NCBI GenBank assembly: GCA_051362555.1
Contig: CM120643.1
Coordinates: 20,774,848-20,838,847 of the forward strand
From: Lingula anatina
Taxonomy: Eukaryota > Animalia > Brachiopoda
DNA length: 64,000 nucleotides
Direction of reading: 5' to 3'
Positions 33,969-52,667 of this stretch are shown here, one piece after another. The notes beneath the pieces are model-generated. The model saw nothing but the letters and a program-made list of their open reading frames with translations. It was not told the DNA's origin and did no database searches. The stretch's first letter is position 1. Each line of letters begins with the position of its first letter. The translations under genes and the position numbers were made by a program.

Positions 33969-36900
33969 ATGGCCGCTGCATGGTATGTTATCTATCGACT
34001 TTTTAACAAGAACAATGATGCAGCAAACGATCAGAGCGATGAAGTTCAAGGTTACAAGAAAAAACGTCACACACCCTTATCGGCAGAAATCCACAAAATA
34101 TTCACAACCTATCTCTCACCTGAACCTGTCGAGGAAAATAACGATCCACGAACGCCACGAAATAGACACAATCTGGAACGCCAGCTTTTCCACGCCGGGT
34201 TTAAATTGGATGTGGAATCGCCGTCAAGGCGACTGGAGAATTTCAAATCTTGGGCGTGCAAAATGACAGTGAGGGAGAATCAGCTGATTGAAAAGAAAAG
34301 TGGCAAACTCATTGTGTCGATTGAAGATTTCCCAGACGTAATTAGAAAAGCACACTGCGACGATCAAACTGGCCTTCACTTGGATCTGCCGGCTACAATA
34401 GAAAAGGTTTGTAATCGCGAGGATTTGATATAATATCAGTAAATTAAAGGCAACAACCACAAACATTCAGTTTTTCATTTTTTCCTGTGGGTGTGTATTT
34501 AACTGTCAATCTGTTCCTTGATAAAACAGATACAACATACAGAGAAAAAACAAAAAATTCATCATACTTATAAATCATAAGCAATCCCATTAATGCACTA
34601 CATGCCCCTGTGGACTTTGTGTCAGATGCCAAAATGTACATTAAATAATATTTAATAATTTTTGTAATAAGATAGAGTGGTAATAAGACATTTATTTAAA
34701 AAGTTGTGATTGTCACCATCAGATCAAGGAGAGGTTCACATTTGGCCACAGAAACTTTGGAATGAATGAGGCAACAGTGAAAGAGGAGTTAAACAAGTGT
34801 AATCACCCTATCTGCAAACCTATCTTCAAGCAGTACCGAAAGGCAAAGAAAATGGGTAATCAAATTGATTTTCTTTTTGCTTGATTTATTAATGATTGTA
34901 CATAAGTCTTATTGTTTTATGTTTTAAGCCCATATGCAGTCATGTTTGGTAGAATTTGGAGGGCATATACAGGAAGAACAAAAAGTTACTGAGGCTTTCC
35001 CTTATTGTTCAGTCAATTATGAAATATTTGAAATACATTTTCAGGTCAAGCTGATGCCACAACAAGCAGGCAGTCATTTTGCCAAGATGCCCACAACGTC
35101 CACTCTGACATGTCCTTGACCTCTTTGACCCCTGTGACCTTGGAGGAGAGAAATGTGGAGTCATCATTATCATTGACCAGTCTGACTCCATTGACCATGG
35201 ACAAAAGTCTGCAACCTCTGTCTATCATGTCCAGTGCCACCAGTGCCCAGTCCTCACCTTCTTTGACCAGTTTGGCTCCAGTGACCATGGGCGAAAGTCT
35301 AAAGTCTCTGTCCATTATATCCAGTGCCACCAGTGCCCAGTCCTCACCTTCTTTGTCCAGTTTGGCTCCAGTGACAATGGGCAAAAGTCTGCAACCTCTG
35401 TCCATCATCTCCAGTGCCACCAATGGCCTGTCCTCTTCTTCTTTGTCTAGTTTGGCTCCAGTGACCATGGATAGCAGTATCATAGTTCAACCACCTTCCT
35501 TGACAACACCACTAATGTCCACTCAAGATCTAGATAAGGTCAGCAGTCCATCCTGGGTCGTTTCTGAGGTTATTTAACTCTTAACCAATGTTGACTACGT
35601 AACTGATAGCTAATATATACTAGCTTAATTGTTTTCATTTAATAAAAAGAAACCAGAAAAAGCAAATTTCTAGTTGACAGAACTGAGGAACAAGTTCCAA
35701 AATTGGTGACCAAGGATATCTTTTAGCAATTTTCCATTTTTTTTACTCTGGGCCCTGTTTGGCAAAATTTTAAAGAGCTTATAATTATCCTGAAAATTTG
35801 ATCTTGACTTTAAGACCACAACTTAAGTCTGCTTTGACCTAAGATAACACAGTTGTGAGAACATTAAAATATTTATTGTACCAGTTTTGTGTCGTGAGTT
35901 GCTGTCAACCAAATTTTTGGTCTGAAAGGCTTCATTCAGAACAGGGGACTAACTTTTCTGAGGGTCAAATATGGCTGACCTACGTGAATACTTGTTGCTT
36001 AATCTCCACAGGGAATCTATTCAGTGTCTAATTGGGAATCAAGTGATAATTAAGCTTTTTAGTGGGTCGCCATGTTTGATGTGGATCTGTTAGTCTGCTG
36101 TTCTGAATATGCTCATAGGCTCATAGCCAAGTTTCAGACTAAAGTCCTTACATGATATTGGCTCCTGGTCTCGGCCTAAAGGTATTCAAAAAGTTGATTA
36201 GCAATGCATTACTGTTGTGTGTTCATGTTGATTTTAATATTTCTTTCTAACATTTCTTCTTTTTCTGTGTTTTTTCAAGTTGTTATCCTTTTTTGTTGAG
36301 GAGTTTAGCATTGGAACTAAACAGGCTGTAAATTGACAACAATCTAAACAGTGGGGTAAGTTTTTTTGACATGTTCATCTTTTAATTATCCTTCAGTTAG
36401 GTATGTGACTAAGTTGGCTGAAGTTAGAGATGTACGTATCTTGTTTGAAGAAAAAACCCTGTGTCAATATGACATCTTTCCAATCTTTGTCACAAGTGAC
36501 ATCTTTCCAATCTTTGTCACATCTTTCCAATCTTTGGCCACATGTACATAACGACAATAACTTGGCAGCAAGAATGAGCTAGCATACTTCTTGAGCTGTG
36601 CACAAACATTTTGATTAACAACTTTACAGATTTAATTTTTCCTTTTCTTTTACAACTACAACTATAGTTTTGAAAATCATTGGTTCAGTTGCACCATTTG
36701 AAGCAATTGTTATTATTTGTAATTTCAGGCACAGCAGGTCCAGGATGTTTTGCCTCCAATGTTGCAGTGCATTCCAGTAGAGGACAGCTCTGAAGTTGCC
36801 ATACAAGAAGAGCCCACCCCAGTCCTGGCAGATGATTGTGAAGAGATGGCAATAGATGAAGGTGAAAATCTTTTGTTATTTTATTTTAATTCTTTATAAT

Positions 36901-39900
36901 TTTATTTATATGTCAGAAAACAGAAGAGGTATCTGTATACTTGTCACAATTGAATGCCTGCCTTTGTCAGTGAAAGAATAGAAATTAAATTTACAGCAAA
37001 CAACTGAAAACCATTTAATTGTCTCACAGATTTTGATATTTGCTTAAATATTTTCCTTTTTTTAATCTAACACCCAATACATGTCATTTAATTTATACCA
37101 GAGCCAGGAACAAATTTTAATCAAAACTTATCAAACTGCATGTGCTTATTTTAGTATTTCATAATAAAGTTTTGAATACCTGCATTCTTTAAATTTGCAG
37201 AAAGACAAGAGCTACCACTGGCTGATGTTACATCCACAGATATGAAGGCAATACCTGAGGAGAACATAGAACTTACAGATCAATTCTTCATCCTGTCTGA
37301 ACGTAGTGCTGTCACAGAGTGTGTGGACGAAGAGACGAGAAAAGATGAAGGTAGTTTAATGTGTCTAGATTGATAGATCTTGTTCAATAACAAGGAATAG
37401 GCCACTCCAGATGGTAATCTTGATAAAATGTGTGCATTTATCATTACAACAAATATTTGTCTTGCCTCTCTGAAATATAATCATTGTGCTTCTTGAATTT
37501 GGAACTTTTTCTAAACTGTATTTTAATAGTTGTTTAAATAAATTTTTAAAGAGGTAAAACAATTTAAATGCACATATGTGGCTCCAATATTATGAGCTAA
37601 TTATATGTCCCAGGAGTGCAACATCTAGATTTTCAGCAGACCCTTGTGCATGTAAAACCATCAGCTTTTACCATGCATCTGTACGTGAATGACAAAACTA
37701 AAAAAAATACATTATTACTGTGCAAGGTATATAGTTATTTCTGTGGGAATTTTTTTCATTCTGTCAGATCAGTGATGATAGTTTGTCACTGAAAAAATTG
37801 TCACATTTCAGAGCACACAGAGGTCGGCTCGCCAAAGGAACAAATGGCTCACGCTGAGGACACTAGAAACAGTAGCGACCCAGAAGAAAGTGAACATAAA
37901 GTTTTTGATCATAAAGATAAACTGACACACAGAAGTATGCACCCTTGACTTAATTACATTTCTTAAACCAAATTTTTTCATTTAAATATTTAAGATAGTT
38001 GTTAAATTCTTTGGCCCTTCTCATTTAATTTTTGTTCTTACATTCACTAACGCCAAAAAACAACATAGTTTAATCTATGCTCCACTATTTTCAGGATTTT
38101 TGAACAGAAAGATGAATGGACTTCTGTGTGTTATACAGAGTATGAGGAAGGACATCAAACCAGCTTATGGAGGGAAGAAGAGAAACTTGGAGAAACTGAA
38201 GAAAAGTAAAATCTACCAGTCTCACCTCTCTCTCTCTCTCTGTTCACAAATTCTTTTCACTTTCTATTTTTCCACATCCATCTCTTTTATTATGCCCTCT
38301 CCAATCACTCTCTATTACTTGTAAAAAAGCGAAAATCATAAAGCACCTTTATTTTTTGTGTTGTAGAACTTGATAACATTTTCTGTGTAGTTTCAAAATG
38401 AGAATTCCACTTATAGTCTGGATGACTGGTGCTATATTTTGGCCAAATTGCTCAAAATGTGGAAAAAGCATGAAACTTGGCACAAATGTTCTTTGGTCTA
38501 TGCTGATCATTTTCAAGGGCAGTGCCCAAAATTTCAAAGCGTTGCTTAGCAACCGTTGCTATGGAAGTGAATTTCCTTAGTAACAAGCTAATTAGACCTT
38601 TCTTGTCCAGTTTAAATGGTTCAGAAATGCTAATAACTATGTTTCAGGGCATCAAAACTATCACTAGACTATTTTAAGGCAATTAAAACCCAAATTAACC
38701 TTAGCCACGATTGCTAGGCAGCATATTACCCTAGCAACAAGCATTTAAAGTTGCGTTAGTCTATTAAGGAGGGCAAATCTATAATACTAGCTAAGAACTA
38801 CACTTTTGAGCAAGATGTTCATACTTTTAATCCAATAAGTTGAAATAATTGTGTGTTTACACACATCCGATCAAATACATTGCCAGTGCAGATACTTAGG
38901 GCAGCATGTTCAAAGTTAGTAACCAGTCATTTCCATGCTTTTATCACCTTACGACTCTTTATAAAACTTTGCAATAGTTATGACGTTAAATTCTCTCTTG
39001 TATGTGCAGTGCATTTTGCCCTTGCACATTGTCAGCCTCTACATCTGCACCTACATGCACACTGGAGCAACTCTGGACAGGTCAATAACTTCTGGCAAAT
39101 GTGTCCACAAGGGTCCAACCAGAGTGAGCACATGGTATCTGATGACATGGCACCGTAGTGCTAATTCATATATGTTCATCTCGCAAGAATACTCTTATAT
39201 TGTTGTAGAGCAGCCTTGGTGGAAGTAAGATATGGCATCTAACGGCCTTTGGGTGTGAACAGAAACTTTTGAACTTCATTGATTAACAAAAAGAATTAAA
39301 ATAGAACCATGCAGGTGTATTTAAGTTACTTGGTAGAGAATAGAAACTGACAAAATACAATGTGAAAAAAACTTTTTAGAAAATATTGAACAAAATGAAA
39401 AATATCTTGGAAATCTGATCTCTGAGAAACCTTTCAATAATAGGAAAGTCAACAGTAAAAGTAAACCTTTAGTATTTCGCATCTTACGTAGTGCATGTAT
39501 AAACTCTCCTACCAGCCCCCCCCCCCCCCCCCCCTCAATACTTTTAAATATGCATATCATATTTAACTTTATCAGGAATGGAAAAAGATACAAAATAAAA
39601 TGAGCAAGGATGGCGTCTGATTACAAAAATGGACGGTAAAAGGTACTGCAAATAAAAAATTTATCAAGGCCCTAAACTTTACATGGCTTAAAAGACTTCT
39701 TTGTGAAGAAAATAAGAGAAAATGGAGAGTGTTTTTCTCGGCAAAATGTCAGGAATCGGTAGTAACAAAAGGTGGATTAAAAATAATAAAAGCAACTTCT
39801 TATCCCTTTTGGCAAAGATTATTGGTTCTTTGAGTGAAATTCAGGAAAATTTCAATTTAACCCCAGATGAAATCCTATCACAGCCATTATGTCAAAACTC

Positions 39901-41143
39901 AAAAATTGAAAGAAATTGAAAAACTATTTTCCATAAAAGATGGTGTAAAAATGTTTTTTTTTTTTTTTTTTACATCAATGATATTATAAATGACATTTGA
40001 AATCCCCTCTGTCTAGAGGAACTCAACAAAAAATCAACCTTAACACTAACTTTCCGGGCTAATTCAGCATCCTTACCATCAGCATCCTTACCATCTTCCC
40101 ATGGAAGGAAATTACTCATAGCATTCCAAAGATAATGGACTCAATTAAACAAGATACCAAACCATCCAGATATTTTTTCGCAAAAAATCCTCCAAAGCCA
40201 TATAATATCACCAGATAAAGGTGTGGGTGAATGACAGACATATTAAAAAACCCTTGAGTACTGATAATTGGGAACTAACATTTAAGAAACGGATCACAAG
40301 AAAATGAAGTTGCTCCAATTCAGAATAAATCATAGAATATTCGATACTTATGCTTATCTTATGAATTTGAGAATTTTGCAATACTGCTAGGGAAAATGTT
40401 CTGTACGTTTTTGGGGGTTGTCCACATGTAAAAAAATGTTTGGATGTGCATCATTTGCCCCGCTAAAGATAAAGGTCATTGATAGATCTCCGGAGATATT
40501 TGTATTTGGGTTTGTGTAAGCATACAATATTTATGTACCTATCTTAATAATTAAGAAACATGTTAGTATATGTAGAATGGGAACAGGAAGATGGGAAGGA
40601 ACTGGAGGGTATGTAAAATGCTACAAAGATATCTATATATATTATTAAATATATATTATTAAATATATAATGTTAAATACTTGTTGCTAGGGTAATATGC
40701 TGCCTAGCAACTGTTGCAATGGTTTTCTTGGGTTTTTAATGTCTTAAAATAGTATAGTGATAGTTCTGATGGTTTGAAACATTATTAAAAGCCTTTGTAA
40801 ATCATTTAAACTGAACAAGAAAGGTCCAATTAGCTTGTTACTAAGGTAAATCACTTCCTTAGCAACGGTTGCTAAGCAACGCTTTGAAATTTTGGGCACT
40901 GCCCTTGAAAATGATCAGCATAGTCCAAAGAACATTTGTGCCAAGTTTCATGCTTTTTCCACCTTTTGAGCAATTTTTGCACCAGTCATCTAGACTATTA
41001 AATTGTTTTAATATTTGTTAAAAATTCTTGTAAAAAATCACAGTGGAGTATCCTTGCTCGTTTCAGAAATCGGCCTTGGCCTGACTGTGTTGGATGCTAT
41101 GCAATTCCATCTGTTGTTAAGTGAAGACACAATTGCTTCCTAA
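33969..41143 (+). CDS. Uncharacterised 8-exon protein with an N-terminal integrase-type HHCC zinc-binding domain (NOL4/KRBA2-like) and Ser/Thr-rich 30-aa repeats
   Basis: Exons 33969-34406, 34723-34855, 35045-35538, 36729-36861, 37201-37350, 37812-37934, 38095-38205 and 41067-41143 join by GT-AG introns into one open frame. It contains IVSIEDFPDVIRKAH-x7-H..TIEKIKERF..VKEELNKCNHPIC. The last two junctions are less certain. An alternative ATG lies at 33921. Confidence 0.72.
35173..35470 (+). repeat. Coding 90-bp tandem repeat (about 3.3 copies)
   Basis: Encodes repeated SL(T/S)SLAPVTMG(E/K)SL(Q/K)(P/S)LSIISSATSAQSSP. Confidence 0.9.
35751..36164. mobile_element. Degenerate MITE flanked by CTG, with a nested MITE at 35928-36114
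   Basis: CTG|GGCCCTGTTT...TTGGCTC|CTG. The inner element matches the 19816-20430 MITE without the RTE insert. Confidence 0.55.
38414..40997 (-). mobile_element. Academ-like DNA transposon, internal-deletion derivative (2584 bp)
   Basis: About 330-bp TIRs (38414-38748 and 40672-40997), termini TAGTCT..AGACTA, 3-bp TSD TTA. A minus-strand remnant at about 39285-38995 reads INEVQKFLFTPKGR*MPYLTSTKAALQQ..PLWTHLPEV..CPELLQCACRCRCRG*QCARAK, like the Cys-rich C-terminus of Academ transposases. Confidence 0.8.
39590..40625 (+). mobile_element. Degenerate L1/Tx1-like LINE 3' fragment nested in the Academ element
   Basis: Broken frames give FIKALNFTWLKRL, EILSQPLCQNSKI, QFRINHRIFDTYAYL and GCPHVKK, resembling the L1/Tx1 ORF2 C-terminal region. 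Confidence 0.62.
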
Positions 41144-43474
41144 TAAGACTTACAAAGAACATTGTACAACTAGTACTATCTATTGTTGAGTGAGAACACT
41201 AACCTCATTGACATACGAAAATGGGCTTTTTTTAAAAATCAAGTTTATGATGTTGCAGGCCTTTAAACATATTGATTTACCAATAGTTGCTGATTCACAG
41301 TGGAAAGAATCTGGTTTCGAACACTGACGGTATTGTAATTGAATGGTGGACAGTTTTCCTGGGGATATGGCAAGTGCTCCATCATGACTTTGAAAATCAA
41401 AAACTTTTTAAGTATGAGTAAATCACTTTTCTGGTGTTATTTGACTCCGTCACATTTTATTTTGCTTTTTAAAAGTAAATATGCATAAATGTTACACAAG
41501 TTATTAATGTCACAAGCAATCTTTGGGATAAAAAGCTGGTGTCCATTATTACTTATATATGCTGTAATACTTAACTAATAACGTGCCATATTCTACATTC
41601 TGTTATGTTATAATTTTGGAGTTTAAGTTTTGTTGAAATGTGCCAAGTGAAATTGGGCAGCAATGAATAAAAGTCGACAAGAATTTATCCACTTGTATTT
41701 TTCTAGTTGTTTCTTCTTTTAAGAATGAGGGGAAAATCTATTACAGTGAGGTTACAGCCTTTTGCATAAACTTTGTGTATTCACCATGTTTGTGTGTTAC
41801 TTTAGCATTATTTTTTGTTAGACTACATTCCTGGTGCTTAAGAGATTTGCCCTTGTTTTTTAAAAGCTTCACTCAAGCAGTACACAAATTTAAAGTCACA
41901 TTTCAGGGTATCTCATGGGGGATTTCCGTTTTCTCTGATAGTCTTACAAAAACATGTTACTTAATGAGACAATTGAAATAACAAAGTACTCACTTATCAT
42001 CCAAAATAAATATAAACTGCTGAGGTCTGAAACACTAGCATAAAACTTTGGAGATTACCAGTTCAAACCAAACCGTATCTAGTTCTATTTAAAATACACA
42101 ATTAATATGGTATGATTGCAAAATGCATAATTTAAAAATAAAATAAAAACCAGTATTAAAGAAAAAATTGACTTGATTAAAAAAAACCTTAAAGTCCTTT
42201 ACAATGAGTGTTGAACAAAGCAGTTGCACTAGAATTACAAATTTTCAACAAGACTGGAATTAGTCATCTGAAATTACTTATGAATACTTTTGGCAGATAC
42301 ATGATTACTAAGCAAAGGGTTATAATATACATGCCTAATAAAATATAAAATGGATCATTTACATATACTGTTCATTTACTCTGACAACCAACTAGCCACA
42401 GCCTTTATTGCACTTTTTCAACTTTACCATTCTGGAAAATACTGAAATAATACATCTTTTGCAAAAGGATACATAAATTAAATAACAAACTATATAAATA
42501 TGTCCTAAAAATTTTCAGCTTACTGGACTTTTGAGCTGCCACGGGCCAAGAATGTATTGCCCCAAAACATCAGAGAAAATGCAAGGATGAGATTTTTCTA
42601 TCAGAGTATTTCCATCTTTTTGAAAACCAAAAATATCATTGGCCTAGGCAGCCCCCTGGACCCATGGCATATTTTTTTACTTTTTCATTAAATGACCGTA
42701 TCATCCCCGAAAGTGAATAATAAAAAGTGGCAAGGAATTGTACAAATTTACAAAGTTTCACTGACACCACTTCTGTTATACTCAGTCAGGCATTTGTCAA
42801 GTGGCCAAGTTCAAGACTGCAGACTGCCATTATCCAAACATGGAAATGTGCATTCATGATTTTCTTACCCTTTTTTTCAAATATGGATCACAAATTACAG
42901 TAAATCACAAGGTAAATCAGTAACAGAATAAACCTTCCATACCTTGTTTGAATTCTCATGAATTTTCACTATGAGCAGTACAGTTTATGGATCCCACTAG
43001 ATTGATTGGTCTTAACATAATTACCCTACTGGTTTTACTCCTTTCACAAGCTCCAATATACCAATCAAAATTTATCTGGCACATTTCAAAAGAACTGTTA
43101 GAACTAGTACTTAATTTCAGGCTTTTTAAGTGACCATCCTTGACTGACATTATAATTTCGAACTGTTACAGAATTCTGTGACACAAAAATGTCTGAACAA
43201 ATGCATGACCATCAATGAACACAAAGAAGAGATAGGAATAAAGTTCATCTTTCACAGATGTGGCAGCCTCCTGAACTTTCTAGACAAAATTTCCAAAAAT
43301 TTGTCCACCAGCTAACCTGTGTTTTAGAATGATGCCAGTCAGCTTCTTCACTGAAAAGTTCCCACACATCCCTGCTAACGTGAGCATTATGCACATGTGG
43401 AGATGATATGAAAATGATAATACAGGGTTACATTAGGTACTGAAACACAGGGTAAAACCAGCAGTCTGGTATTA

Positions 43475-48192
<4,718 letters not shown>

Positions 48193-48285
48193 CTATCTAC
48201 TGCTAGTCTGGTAAACTCTTGCTCTTGATTTGTCTCAGTCAATCGTCAATATGTATTACTATGATGTCGTGGGTTTTTCTCACCT

Positions 48286-48295
48286 CCGCCATCTT
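48286..48295 (-). promoter_or_regulatory. YY1-type motif AAGATGGCGG near the METTL9 5' end
   Basis: Canonical YY1 consensus about 95 bp upstream of the candidate ATG. Confidence 0.6.
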
Positions 48296-48691
48296 TAAAT
48301 GTCTACATATGAAAACGAGGCTCGGGATTCCCTTTGGGGAAACCCTGCCTGACCTGATTGCACAAGTGCTCAGGGTTGGTTTAAATAATATTTTTGTATG
48401 CTATAATTGAATTATTAAAATGTAATTATATTTAAATTATCTTTTTGTTTCTTGAAATTTTCTCTTTATAGTTTAAAGAGCAGATTTATGCGATAAATTT
48501 CATAATACGGTACACCTGAGGTTAAAAAATCGATTTTCCGCGTTTTATTTCTATTTTATTTCTGTACCCAAGTCAACCTTCCTTCCGTTCACTAATGGAC
48601 AAGCATGATTTGGGACTAATTTTGTAAAATCAATGCAATTACGTAACAAAATTAAAAATTGACAGATTTTACAGCTGTTTTGTCAAGAAAT

Positions 48692-48693
<2 letters not shown>

Positions 48694-48740
<47 letters not shown>
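48694..48740. repeat. (GA)n microsatellite
   Basis: Read directly from the sequence. Confidence 0.95.
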
Positions 48741-48744
<4 letters not shown>

Positions 48745-51700
48745 TTCAAACTGATATAGACTACACCGTTTAATTATCTGGTAAATGTTTTTAAGCAAAC
48801 ATTTAGTTTCCATTTGTACATATTGCATTTTTTTTTATTTCAGGAAAGGATGAAATTTACTTCAATTGGTAGATGCTATTATACTGGAGTTTCTCAATTT
48901 CCATATCAATCATTCATTGAAAATCGGATCAAAATCACAGGTATGCATAAAGCATAAGCAAGGTGTCAAAAAAGGGCATGAGATGAAGAAGTTAATCCTC
49001 CATCTTTTTTTCTTCCATTTTCCCTGCTATATCACTAATAAATTGACGTCAGCTTTGCACTTCGTATTTAGAAAATATTACTATACAGACATTTTTTGTA
49101 ACATGCCCAATATTTGTAGGTCATTTTCTTGCTGTAATACATTTCTCAATATTTCATGCAATGAAGCAGCAGCAATAGCAAAAACATGCACGTTTACTAG
49201 TAACATAGTTATAAGAATAAAATTCTGGTTTAGAGTTTTGCATTGCAATTAACATTTTATGGATTTTCTTGAGCATCTATTATTCTTGCCTTTTTAAAAT
49301 GGCATACCAAAAACAACACAAATCTCCCATTTTTGTATTTCCTTTTAATGAGCACAAGCAATACTACATATAGTTATTGACAGCGTAGGGGTAGACTAGT
49401 CAGTAAAGGGACTGGATAATCATAATGAAAAATAACAAAATATAGAACAGACTGTCTATACCCAGTGCTTCTGATAATATGTATATATATAATATGTTTG
49501 TATAGAATATAATATACTTCTTTCTATGTTAATAAAAGAACAAAAAATAATAATAATAACTGTAATAAAGTTTTCCACAGTCTGAGACCAGAATTAAATC
49601 ATATCTCCCTTGTAAGTGTTACTTGGAACTTGGTTGCTAGGAGACAGTGTGTAGAAGTGGAAACAATGTGTAGCTTTTAAAAATGCTTCGAGTAAAAACT
49701 ACGTGTTAGTGGCATACATATAAGTACATGTAATGTATCTACTGTGCAAAATGTCTGGTTTGTAGCATCCTGATGCCTACCTCAGCAAACGCTACATACA
49801 CAACCCAAGTGTAAATACTAGGCTCTGGCAGTGTGAACTGTATCCATAGGGATAACAGTACAACCCACACCGTATCCACTTCCACTTCAGTGTCTCCAGG
49901 CACATACCCATACCTCAGCCACAATATACCGTCTCAATCCTTACTTCACCATATGTACAAATATGATTGCAAATGCGCACTACTACCTCAGCAAAAAACC
50001 TGCCAAAATCTAATAACCGCCACTTTTCTGAGGTGAAAAAAAAAAGGAAAAAATATGCTTTGAAACTGCAGTGGGATCTCCAGCCAGCTGCAGCTTTCTG
50101 CATTTCAGCCCCAGTAAAAGTTTCACCTTCTGCCTCGCAGAATTCTCTAAACTGTATAAGCGTAACAAATGCCTTGAGCTCTTTGTAACAGAACTACTAA
50201 TAATTCTAATTATCATTTTAATAATGACTGCTAAATGCTGTAATGTTTATCATATGTCCAATGCATGTTCCTGTACACTGTTACTTTACCATAAAAATAT
50301 TGTGCAAAATAACAGTCAACCTAAAAATGTAACAATATCTCTCTAAGTCACTACTGTTTATTTTTTCGTATCACGATCCATTTTGAGGTTCTCTCAGTTA
50401 CTTTAGGAGGTATATTTAACAAATTGTTTGACAAATTTGCGATGTTCAATCACATGATCACAATGTAACAGAATATTCAGATTCCATGCAGACAATATCG
50501 GTTACAACAAAACATGAAACTGTATCATAATCTTAACCATTTCACATCTGACCGGACTCAAGCATAAAGCAAACCTCAACGTAATCTAAATACTTATTTG
50601 TGCTTTTTCTTTACAACTACGTAACAGTTAATCTATCTAGCTAGATTTCTATGGCAATCTCGTTACTGCTTTGCAATAGATGATGCCATAGAGGTAAAAA
50701 TGATGCAGCTCTTAGCATGCTTATGGAAGCCTTTGCACACTACAATGTCAACTACTACATACAAAATAAGTTGTCGGAGTATCTTACGCCAGGAACTCAG
50801 TACGTCATTGGAAACATATAGAACAGTAATAAAAATCCTAGCAAATATACATGTTAACATGGCTGCATAACAAAAATCTTGAGCTCTTTTTATTTTATTT
50901 CCAGCCAACAGAGTGACTTTGAGTCACTATTTTAATATGAAAAAAATGAAAAAACATGTCAGAGAAAGTGATGTCGGCATGGCCAACTTTAACTTTCTTG
51001 TTAGCTTTTTTTTCCATCTTAATATGCACCTTGGATTCATCACCTTCATGCCTCCCATTGCTTCTTCATTCAGTAATAATGTCAACAATATGCATAATAA
51101 ACCATAACAAATTGAACATATAGTTGTTCTAGTCGCCTCTACCAATGTTTCTACCTGTAGGAAAAATTGCCACTCACGTTCTATAAATTTATGCTAAGCA
51201 CCAGTTTCTACTTAGGCTGATAGCCAACAAGGTAACAAATTTTCATAATTCACATAAATCTTTGACTCTGGTAACCATCACATCTTTGTCAGTCCAATAT
51301 TGGACATTTTCAGTCAAATTCTTTACTTCAACATCTAAGAGAACTGAAAATATAATTCAACCAAAATTATTTTAAAAAACCAAAAGCTAATTCCAAACAA
51401 AAACATGCAAAACTTGAAGTTCAAATTTGTCATCTGCTACTCTAAATTGTCAATTTGTCATCAAATACAACGACTTATATATACAAAATTTGACATGATT
51501 TCTTTTTTTCCTTTGGCATATGCTAAAAGCTCAGCTTCTGGTGCAACCCTGCCCTCGAGTTATACATCCCTGAATATATAGATTTATATGTAATTATATA
51601 TATAGTTATAATATATATATATATGGTTACTAATACATAATATGATAGATAATAATAGTGCCTGACAAATCACTCAAGTAAACTGTATTGCAATAATTTC

Positions 51701-52667
51701 TCCACAACACGTATTACATTTGATACCATCTGAGCATCTCCTGAGCACTACAACCAACTCTCCCACGGGACTTCTGACATCAATTCGACATGCTCACAGT
51801 GACATCTACAGTTAAAACATTCAGTGACTGAACACAGATTCTTCATACACTTATATCATTCCTGACGCCTTATCACTTGACGCACTGTTAATTAATGGCT
51901 GAGCTCTTCAGTCACAGGAGATCAGTTTTTAGTCAAAACATCACAATTAATACCTGTTGCTTCTCCATTTAAAATCCTTCAAAACATATCACCGTCTTGT
52001 AGGTGGATCAGTTATCAGCCCACTAATGGACGATATGTATATAAAGTACCATATATATCTTTACAATTGTCTTAACAATATGAGGCAGTCAAACTATATA
52101 ATGCATTATCAGGTGCTCAGACGTCTAAGTAAATGAAAACAAAATTATGATTACACAATATGTACACAGAAATGGTGAAATGGCTGTCCTTTTGATTACT
52201 CATGAAGTAAGTTTTCAACGACGCTTGCCTCAGTTCCAAGTCCCCACCTGATAATACAAAGTTACATTGTAACAATACTACACCCATATTAAAAGTGCAC
52301 TGACACCAAGTTCCACTGTAATGACTGGACAAACATCTATAAGTCACACAGAGAGACAACTTAGAAACACAAATATTACTTTTTCCATCTTCTCCACTGT
52401 GGAAAACCGCTGTCATATGAATTGAAGATTGCCTGTATGTTGAAGATTGCCTCTAGGTTTATATTGCCGTGTTTTCACTTATTACCAATATATATGACAG
52501 GTATCTTATTGTGTTTAGGTTATTCTCTGTTTTTAAGTGATTTTGCGCAGTTACAAGTCACATGTTAAAATACTTTTACAAGTGAAGTCTTTGTGAGTTT
52601 GATTGATATTTAGTAAATGCAGCTTCTAGTACTAATTAGTGAATGAGTGCTAAAATGCACAATGTCC

